DNA of 64,000 nucleotides from Acidimicrobiales bacterium (GTDB lineage Bacteria > Actinomycetota > Acidimicrobiia > Acidimicrobiales > Aldehydirespiratoraceae), in NCBI GenBank assembly GCA_029263175.1, contig JAJCXZ010000091.1, positions 10,699 to 74,698 on the forward strand. Direction: 5' to 3'. Both the position numbers and the translations under genes were made by a program. Below, one piece after another: positions 46,885-56,800 of this stretch. The notes below the pieces were generated by a model, which saw nothing but the letters and a program-made list of their open reading frames with translations, was not told where the DNA came from and ran no database searches. How positions within the stretch are numbered: the stretch's first letter is position 1; every line of letters begins with the position of its first letter.

Positions 46885-46908
46885 GCGCTGTCACACCCGG
46901 GTGGTTCG

Positions 46909-47826
46909 ATGACGGGCATGCGAGACATGACGAGTCTCGTTCGGACGGCCGCGAGCCAATATGGCCTCCTCTCAACCCGACAACTCCGCGAGGAAGGGGT
47001 CAGCAGGTCGAGCCAAGCCTCCATGGTCCGCTGTGGGATTCTGGAAAGCGTGCGACCGGGAGTCGTCCGTCTCATGGGCGCGCCTGAGAGCTGGGAGCAA
47101 CGTTTGCTTGCGGCGATACTGACGCCAGGGACGCAGGTCGTCGCGAGCCACCGAAGTGCACTACGTCTCTGGGGACTTCGCACTCGGTTCGACGGCATCG
47201 AGTTGGCTATCAGAGCGCCGGCAAACCGGCGCATCGGGAGCGCCCGGGTTCATCGATCGGTGGACCTTTGTCGCAGCGATATCACGGTCGTTTCCGGCAT
47301 CCGGGCAACAACGGTGGCGCGGACGATTTGCGACGCCGGCCTCATTTTCCCGGAGCGTGAGGTGCGACGACTTCTCGACCATGCCATCGGCGCCGGTCTG
47401 GTGAGCGTTCCTGAGGTCGAAGCGGTTCGGCACCGCGTCGGCGAGCACGGGCGGAACGGCGTGGTCAAGCTCGATCTCGCCGTGGACAGCCTCCCCGCGG
47501 GCGCTTCCGACGCCGAGTCGGGCCCCGAGGTTGATCTACTCCGGATTCTCGAGGAGGCCGGTCTGCCGACACCGGCCCGGCAGCACAACCTGACTGCCCA
47601 GGGCAACCGCTACCGGATCGATCTGGCCTTTCCAGCGGTCAAACTCGCCCTGGAATACGACGGCCGCGACATCCACACCCGGTTCGACCGTTTCACCGAC
47701 GATCGGCGCCGCCAAAACGACCTGGTCTGCGCGGGCTGGACGGTCCTTCGCTATACAAACGAGGACCTTCGCGACCGACCCGGGGTGATCGTCCATCAAG
47801 TCCGCCAACACCTGTCGCCCCGCTGA
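46909..47826 (+). CDS. AbiEi-like N-terminal domain + DUF559 (Vsr-like endonuclease fold) protein
   Basis: Track ORF 46372..47826 trimmed to ATG 46909. The N-terminus reads [39 protein letters not shown]. The C-terminus reads [51 protein letters not shown]. Confidence 0.8.
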   Translation: MTGMRDMTSLVRTAASQYGLLSTRQLREEGVSRSSQASMVRCGILESVRPGVVRLMGAPESWEQRLLAAILTPGTQVVASHRSALRLWGLRTRFDGIELAIRAPANRRIGSARVHRSVDLCRSDITVVSGIRATTVARTICDAGLIFPEREVRRLLDHAIGAGLVSVPEVEAVRHRVGEHGRNGVVKLDLAVDSLPAGASDAESGPEVDLLRILEEAGLPTPARQHNLTAQGNRYRIDLAFPAVKLALEYDGRDIHTRFDRFTDDRRRQNDLVCAGWTVLRYTNEDLRDRPGVIVHQVRQHLSPR

Positions 47827-47834
47827 CCCCAACC

Positions 47835-47898
47835 CGGGCTTTTGCGCCACCTGCCGCGCGGTGAACGAGCGCGAGGTGTCAGAGATCGGTGGGGGTGG
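47835..47898 (+). repeat. ~65-nt structured interspersed repeat, copy B (overlaps the 3' end of the giant gene)
   Basis: CGGGCTTTTGCGCCACCTGCCGCGCGGTGAACGAGCGCGAGGTGTCAGAGATCGGTGGGGGTGG. Confidence 0.85.
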
Positions 47899-50800
47899 TT
47901 CGGGTGAGCTCTTCGAAGCGCGACTGCGCCTGAGCGAAGTCAGCTGTGTCGAAGAGCTCGGCGGCCGCCAGCATCTCTTCCTCGAACGAGAACACAGCCA
48001 GGGCGTGCCATTCGTTTCCATCGCGGTCGCCGAACTCCGGCTCGACGAAGAGCACCGTGTCCGACATGGCGTGGACGGCCACCAGACGGTTGTGGAACCC
48101 GTCGGCGACCTCGGGGAAGGCCGTTTGAAGCTCGATCCATCCAGCGGCGTCGACGGTTCCGAAGCTGGCGGACCGGTGGTCGACAGCGACAAAGTCAGCC
48201 GCGAGGACGGACGAGTTCAGCTCGGCGTTGCCCCTCTCTTGCGCGGCCATCGCCCGCCCGAGTGCTAGCCACGACTCCGCTCCCGTGGTGGTGAGCGACT
48301 CAGCGAACCAGCGGTCGAGTATTTCGTATGCCCCGGATTCGGCTTCGGGTTCGAAGACTGCGGCCCTACGTATGAGCCCGGCGTCGTCGACCTCAACAAC
48401 GGTGAGTCGGGGCTCGGTGAACCCATCAACTGTGAAGTGGATCGTGTCGCCGGCCAGGCACAGATGGTCGAGCCTTGTGGCGCGCAGGCCCCTGGTTGCA
48501 CGGGCAACCATCTTGTGGTCGAGAACGTCGCGGAGCAGCTCACGCATGTCGTCGATGGTCCGCCGACCTGCAGAGATGAGCGTGTGGTCCTCCAAGACAC
48601 CCTGCGGGTGCCAGAGGGCGAGTGCGGCCTCGAGATCGTGATCCTCGAAGAGCGCCTTGCCGTAGGCGCTCATCGCTTGAAGGGCTCGATTCTGTAGCGC
48701 CGGAGCGGCGATGGCGAGCTCGTCGAAGCGCGCCAGGGCAGCGTCAAGATCGTCAAGGTCGTAGAACTCGGCGGCTGAGAGAGATCCCGACCTGCTCAAC
48801 GAGAAGACGGCAACGAAGCGCCACTCGTTGTCGGAGCTATCGCCGAATTGCAGCTCGAGCACGAAACCATTGGCGGAGATCGAGTGGACGGCATTCAGAC
48901 GGTTCCAAAAGCCCTCCGTTTCGCTGTGGAAGCTGTGTTGGAGGTCGATGTAGTCATCGAGGTCGACCGTTCCCCACCCACCAAGTCGATGATCGATGGC
49001 TCGAAAATCGGGCCCGGCAAGATCTCGCAGAAGGGGTTCCACCTCGTCAGCTCGGGTGAGATCGACGCTCGTCAGCAGCAGCTCGAAAATCGCCAGCACC
49101 TCAGGGTCGAGAGTGTCGGCGAACCACTCGTCGAGATGCACCATGGCATGGTCCAGTTGGTCGAGATCGAGGCTCATCAGCCGCGACACCGCGCCGCTGG
49201 GTACGACCTGTGACAGGACCAACGACTCGAGGGCGAACTCCGGCTCGGGCCCAAATCGCCATTGTTGGAGGATCAGGTCCTCTCCACGCGTGGCGATGGT
49301 CGTGACCTGTGGTTCACCGTTCGAGCGGATGAGCTCGAGCGTGGCGTCGATCATTTGTCGGGCCGTGACGATCCCGAGACCGAGACGGCGGGTCGAGGAG
49401 AACTCAGTATCGGCACCGTAGATCTCCGCCAGACCCGCCTCATCGAGGGCGGCCATGCAGGAGCGGACCTTCTCCATCGCGCGTCCAGCGTGCGTGTTCG
49501 CCAGCCCACACAGCTCATGGAACCGCGCAAGAGCCATGTCGAACGCCGTGGTCTCGTAGAACTCGGCGGTGCGGCCCATCGCCTCCCGATAGGAGAAGAC
49601 GCCGAGGAAGCTCCACTCGTTGCCGCTGTCATCGGCGATCTGCATCTCAGCGAGCAAGGCCGTCGGCGAAATTGCCCCGACCGTGACCAGACGATTCCGT
49701 AGCCCAGTGGTCAGGCGGTGGAATCCAAGCTGAAGCTCCACCCAGCCGTCCACACCGACTCGGCCCCACCCTGCCGGTCGGTGATCGGTGGCGCTGAAGT
49801 CCTGATGCAGCTGGGCGCGTATCGCCGTCTCGTCCCCCAATTGTTGGGCCCGCATTCCTTCTCGATGTGCCTCGAAGACCGTTCCCTCGTCTGCGGTCAG
49901 TGAATCGGCGAACCAGCCGTCGAGAAGCGCGAAGGCATCGTCGCTCTGCTCGGGCTCGAAGTAGGCGTAGCGAGTGATCAGGCTGGCGTCGTTGACCTCA
50001 CAGATGGTGAGCCGCTCGTGCACGAACCCTTCGACTGAAAGCTCGCTCGTGGTGCTGAGGAGGCAGACATGCTGGCCGCGAGTTGCCAGAACCTCGGTCA
50101 GGGACGCGGCAAAGTCCTCGTTGTCCATCAGATCAGCGGCGACGGCCCGCCACTGCTCGACCGTATAGGTCGTGTCGAAGAGCGCTCGACGATCCTGCAT
50201 GACGGCGTTTGACGCGTACTGCTCCAACATCGTTTCGATGTCGCGAGCGAAGAACGCATCTCGGGCTCGGGCGGCCGTCGCCGAGGCTCGGTTCGACAGG
50301 CGGTCTGTCGGGACTGTCAGCTCGTCGAATCGGGCGAGCGCTGCGTCGATACTGTCGACGTCGAATTCCTCCCAGCGCATGACGAGGCTGTCATGCACTT
50401 CGACGAGCAGAAGCGACCGCCACTCCGTCTCGGTGCCCAACGCATCGACGGCGCGTGGTTCGGTGTCGAGCACGCACACGGTCTCGGAAATGGCGAGGAC
50501 GCCGTGGGAAACGGCGGTTACGTCTCCCGCGAGTTCCAACCAGGTGCGCATGCTCTCGATGAAGCCGTCGGCGTCCTGTTCGTGGCCGATCACGCTCTTG
50601 TTGACGCTGAGGGCGAAGTCCGGCGCCAGCGCGGCTCGGGCTCGTTCCCAATCGTGGGCGTAGAGGGCATCAATGAGATCCAAGAGCGGGTCGACGACGC
50701 TCCGAGCTCGAGCGCCATCCAGATCCGACTCGTACCAGAGCTCGATCGCGTGGCGCTGCGCTTCATAGAACTCGGCGTAGTCGAATGCCCTTGCTCCATC

Positions 50801-53800
50801 AGGTGATCCGATTCGGACGCGAGATCGATCGCGGTCGAGCTCGATGGTCACCGGCTGGGTCGAACCGAGCTGGCAGACCAGCTCCCATCGAGGGGCCGTG
50901 AGCTCGTCGAACCGACCGACAGCGGCGTCCACGGCATCGACGTCGAACCACTCCATGCGGTCGACGAGTTCGCCATCGAGGATGAAGAGGACAAGACGAG
51001 GCCCCTCGACGTTGACACCGGTTTCGCCCTTGACCGTGCTCACGAGCTCGAGCAACACACCCTCCTCTGTCACGCGGAGATAGCTACTCGGGCTGGTTCG
51101 CCATGAACCCTGACCCTGAATGTCGGCGAGCGAATCGAGGTATTGGTCGATCGTCAACTCGCCGAAGCCGATCGAACGGCGGTCGACGAGCGTGAACGAG
51201 TCGGTGAGGCTCTCGCGCATGCCTTCACCATCGGTGCGGCGCAACGCAGCGCCGACCCGATCGGTCGTCTCGATCGCAGCGCGGAATGGCGCAGCCTCAC
51301 CTTCGAGCCACCACTCACGAAGGAGGCGCAGCGCCTCAGCCATCTGGGTGGTGTCGAATGCGGTGAGGCGCTTCTGCAGGCCGGCATCGTCGACTTCTAG
51401 GACGGCGAGGAACTCGATTTCGTCGTCATTCCCGGTGGCGAACCGGATCGTGGCCAGGATGAGCTGTTCACCTCGAAACGCGATGACCGCGGTGTCGAAG
51501 CGATCGAAGCCGACGGCGACGAACGCGTTGATGACATCTAGGTGTTCGGCCAGAGCGAAAACACGAGCGCCGCCGGTGCTGTGTCGAAGAGATGTGTCGA
51601 CATAGTCCGATCGGAGGAGCGCCGCATAGCTGTCGATATCGCCTGCTGTCAGTGCCGCGATTGCCTTTGCGTGCGACTGCTCGGCGAGCGTTTGGTGCTG
51701 TCTTCGATCGATGCCGGAAGCGCGGTCGGGGGGAGTGTTCTTGTCGGCCACATATCCGGTTAGTTCGTCAAAGCGAGCGAGGGCCCGATCGAGCTCGTGA
51801 CCGTCGAACCATTCACCGCGGGCGATCTTGCCGTCACGAACCACCGTCATGAAGACCAGCTCTGATTCGGCCTCGAACCCGTCGTTGGTGCGGGTGACGT
51901 GGCGGCCTGTGGCCACCGTGCCAGATCCGGTGAGCCGGTGGAATTCCGTGGCGAAGACTTGCTCGCTGCTCTGGCCGTCGGTCCACTCGCCGACGAGGTC
52001 AGCCGCGTCCGACCGGTCCATGGTTGGCAATCCGAGCTCCCGATGGTCGACGAACTCTGCGTCCGCGAGCATGTCCGCGGCGAGCTCCTCCGCCCTGCCG
52101 TGCTCGAGGTTGTGTGAGGTGCGGGTCAGCAGTCGGATGATTTCGGCGTGCTCCGGCGTCTCGCCCTCCGCCCACCAGTCGCTGAGGCGGTCGACTGCCT
52201 CGCCCATCGCTTCGGGGTCGAGCAACTCGGCGCGCGTCACGAGCCCGGCAGAGTCGATCTGTGCGACGGCGATCATCTGGCTGACGTAGCCATTGGACGG
52301 CCGGTCCATGTCCGCCGTGAATAGGGCCAAGTCGTCCCCTCGAATCGCCTGAAGAGTGAGCGAGATGCCGACCACATCGGCGTCCTTCATCCTGTGGACG
52401 TGCTCCTCGGGCGTGTAGATCTCGTGGCGCAGCTGCCGACTGTCGTGGATGAATGCTGCCGGACTGAAGCTCGCAATCACCGCCTCCCAGTCTTGAGCGT
52501 TGATGGCCGCGACCTGGCGCGCCCAAACGGCAGACGCACGATTGCCGAATCGGTCGGCCGGTTCGCGCGTCAACTCGTCGTACCGGGCTATGGCGCGATC
52601 GAGATCGTCGACGTCGAACAGCTCGATGCGGGTGGCGAGACCGTCGGTACCGAGGACGAGCGTGTACATCTGCCACTCGACGTGGCCGCCCGCCTCGTCG
52701 AATTCGAGGGTCTGCACGTGGACCAGGATCGACTCGCCGGCAATGCGTACGTAGTCGCGGACGATGACTTGGTTCTGGTCGGCCTCGTAGCTGGCTGCCA
52801 GGTTTGCGCTTCCCTCGCGATTCATCGTGCCGAAACCCAGGCGGCGATGGTCGACGAAGACAAGATCGTCTGCCATCCGGTCGCGGTGGGCGTCGGCGCG
52901 ATCCCCAGCATTGCTTTCACCGGCAATGCTGAACGACCATGCCAACTCGATGATCTCTCGGTACGGTGCTCCCTCGCCCTCGAGGTAGAGCTGGTTGAGC
53001 TTGTCGAGCGCGCCGCGAAGATCATCGGCCGGGTACGCAACTGTCGTCTCGACCTGGCCACCGGTATCGAGACGGATCACTCGATAGCGGGCCGCTTCGG
53101 CGCTGCCCACACGTGAGGCGACACAACGCTGACCTCGTCGCGCGACGGTCTCAACGGTGAGTCCTTTCGCCGCCGCTTCGGTCCGGGCGACCTGTTCGGC
53201 CGCAGTGAGGTCGACCGCCGGACTCCCGGACACGTCCTCGAATCGGCGAATGGCCCGGTCGAGGTCGTGGAAGTAGAAGAGTTCCATCCGGGTGAGCCGG
53301 CCAGCGGCGAAACTCATCAGCGAGAGGCCCGGCTCCTGTTCGATGTGGCGGCCGTCAGTATTCGAATGGGCGCGGTAGTCAAGAAGGATGGCTGTGGGAC
53401 TGATGCGGAGATAGCGGCGAGCGACGATGAGGAATCCGGCGGCTGAGGCGGTCTCCACAAGCATGGCAAGGAGCGGAACCTCGATCTTGAGCCGCTGGTG
53501 GTCGACGAAGACCCCATCGGGATCGACCAGCCTCTCAACTGTCGCGACATCGCCGTCCACGTTCGCCTGCCGGAATCTGGTGCTGATATCGATCGGCTCG
53601 GCGAAGTCCGCGCCCTCGCCCTCGAGATAGAGGCGATTCAGCTCGTCGAGTGCCGGGCGAATGTCGTCCTCCCCCAAGAACACGCCGTAGTCGGACAATC
53701 CGTTTGCCGCCGTCCGCGAGACGATCAGCGATGTGTTGACGAAGCCGTTTTCGGCTTCCATCCGCCAGGAGACGAGCGCAAGCCGGTCGCCGCGGATGGC

Positions 53801-56800
53801 GATCGGCTTGGCCGTGACGGTGAGGCCGAACTCGGCCCGAGAGCGCATGGCATCGATTCGATCCTTTGCGCCGACCGACGGGTGCCCCATCTGACGGGTG
53901 TCGACGCTGTCGTAGTCCTCGGCGAACTGCTCCAAGGCTTCGTCCCAACCCTTGGCGTTGACCAGGTCGCACACGCGGAGGATGCCTCGGGTCGCCGCGT
54001 TGTCGAGCGCGAAGTGATCTGGATTGGTGGGGTCCCTGGTGGCAAGAACTCGCGCCTCCAGCTCCTCCCAGGCGGCACGCAGTCGGGCCTCGTCCGGCGA
54101 GAGTGCGAGCGTGTCGAACATCGCCAGCGCCTCGGATTCGGTATCAAACACCCAGCAGCGTTGCAGTCTGGCGCGGTCCGACAGCTGGTTGACCTGGAAC
54201 CACTGGACTGTTCCGCTGCCGTCGGTGGCAGCGAGGGATGACTCGACGAGGACGATGTCTTCGCCACGCGTCGCGATGACCACGACTCGATGGCCGAAGT
54301 CCGGCAGGCCCTCCATCGCCGTAATGAACGCCTCCTGCATCTGGTCGGTGCCGGCGAGGACGCTTTGCATCCCCTGGCGACAGTCTTCGAAACGCACGTC
54401 GGGCTCGCTGAGCCCCGTGAAGCTCGGATCGCCGCTCCAGACGAGGCGGGATATCAGTCGGGCTGATCGGGCACAGACATTGTCCGGAACGACCGATTCG
54501 ACGGCATTCGACGCTGTCGCCGCCGGGGCATCGGCGGCCGTTGGCGGCTGTGCGCCCTTCGCCTCATAGAGGCTCGCCGCTTGACGTGATGCGCCGTCGG
54601 CCGAGGCTGCGTTGCCGGCGCGGGCATGCACGACGGCAAGCGTCGACACGGCCCGAGCGTGATCGATCGTGAGGTCGGTGCCTCCGGCGATCTCGACGGC
54701 GGCCTCCGCCAATGCGATCGCTTCGTCGAACCGGCCCTGTTCCGCGGCGATCTCCGCGCCGGCGGCCCGTGAGGCGATCGCCGTTTGGAGATTCTGGCCC
54801 GCCAGTTCCTGCGACTCGACCGCAAGGGGAGCGGCCTGGTCGACACGGCCCTGCAGGACGAGTGCCCGCGAGAGCAAGGCGGCCGCCTGGCCGGCATCAG
54901 CACCAATCCCGAGATTGCCGAGCCCGGCATAGGCACGACGGAGGAACGGTTCGGCCGCCGCCGGGTCGTCGGCGAAGAGCTCGATCACGCCGGCGAACAT
55001 GTCGGTCTCGAGGATGCCGTGGCGCAGACCGAGCTCTTCGACCGTCCCACGGGCTCGCTCGATCAGCTCTCGGGCCTGATCGAACCGTCCCCTCATCGCT
55101 TCCAGCACAGCCTGGCACCGCACCGAGGTGGCCTCGACCATCGGCGAGGCAGACGTGATGCGGAGGAGACGAATGATGTCGAGGCAGCGGCCGCCGGCGC
55201 GGGCAACCGGGGAAGGACCCCAGAGAGCGGCGAGGGGCGCGGCGCCGAGGACGGCGGTGATACGACGGCGGTCGTCGGCCGCGCGGGCGGCCGTGAGCGC
55301 GGCGTCGAGTTCGGTCTCGGCGTCGCCGACGCGGCCGAGACGAGCGAGCACAATTGCCCGCACGAGGCGGGCCTTGGCGACGCCGGCTTGGTCATCGAGG
55401 GCATCGAGCAGCGAAGCGGCGTTGTCGAGCTGTGGTTCGACCGCGCCGAGTCGCTCCGGTTCGGCGAGCCACGCACGATGGCCGGCGAAGGCGTCGGCCC
55501 ACGCCGTCAATCGAACGTCATCGAGTGCAACTTCGCGGAGCTCATCGAAGTGAGGATCGGCCTCTCGGACATTGCCCGAGGAGAAGAACGCCTCGCAGGC
55601 GACGACCAACAGGTCGGCTCGTTCCGGAGCGTCGTTGGGGAGTCGGGCGAGCGCCCGTTGGGCCAACGAACCAGCCGCAGTGAGGTCGTCCTGGGCCAGG
55701 GCTCGCTCACCGGCGATCTGGAAGAGCTGCGCCGCTTTGCCGCCCAGCTCTTCGGCGTCGTCGTCCATTGCGCCGAGCTGGCTTCGAAACTCGTGCGCCT
55801 GTTCGTAGTGAAACCCGATGGTGATCTCGTGCTCGCCGCCGAAGCGCTCCGCGGCATCGGAGGTCCATTCGGCCACCTGCTCATGGAGAGCGGCTCGGCG
55901 TTGCTTCAGGATGCGGCGGTAGCTCGCGTCGCGGATGAGGACGTGGTGGAAGCGAAGGATCGGCTCATCGCCCCAGTAGGTGCCGGTCGGGTCGATGATC
56001 TCCTTGCGGCGGAGACGCTCGAGGATGGCATCGAGCCCTGCTCGCTCGGCGGCCGGGAGGAGAGCAGCGACGGCGCCGCGGGCGAACTCGGATCCGACGA
56101 TCGCCGCCATCTCGACCACGCGCCGTTCGTCGGCCGGCATGCGCTCGACGCGGCTGGCCAGCAAGGACTGGATCGTCGGGGGGACTTCGATCGCTTCCGG
56201 GTCGATCGCCAGTTCCCACCGGCCATCTCGTTCGTGGATCACACCGTCGTCGACCAGCATTCGCACCAACTCACGCACGAAGAGCGGGTTGCCGTCCGTG
56301 GACTCGGGCAGGCGGGCGACGAGTTCGGTCGGGAGGGCTGCGCCGAGGAGGCCGGCGGCGAGTTCCTCGGTGGCAGCTGCGCCGAGGCCCTCGAGCGAGA
56401 CCACCTCGCTGACTCGGCGGCCGACCTCGGCCAGGGCCGGGCGGATCTCTCGGATCTCGGGTCGGGCCAGGCAGATGAGCGCCACGGGTCCTGCCACCCA
56501 TTCGGTCAGGTGGTCGAGGAGGTCGAGGAAAAGCGGCTGAGCCCACTGGATGTCGTCGACCACGATGACCGTGGGGCGCCGGCTAGCGAGGATTTCGAGG
56601 AGACGGCGGCTGGCCCAGAACGACTCCTCGGTACTCCGGGCAGGCGATGCGCCGACGAAGGTGGCCAGCAGGGGAGCGAGGACTCCCACATCGCCGTCGT
56701 TGCCGATCCATGTCTCGATCGCCGTGATCGTTGTCCCTGAATCGCTGCCTTCGAGATCCACTACTTGACGAAGTAGGTCACCGACGGGGCCGAACGAGGC

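Noticed and set aside
54785-56740. 651-aa plus-strand ORF, plus many other 100-250-aa ORFs on both strands between 47.9 and 57.7 kb
   Set aside because: All lie inside or antisense to the 3,291-aa ORF, which carries recognisable cyclase, P-loop and repeat motifs throughout. The shadow ORFs have low-complexity R/G/A/P composition.
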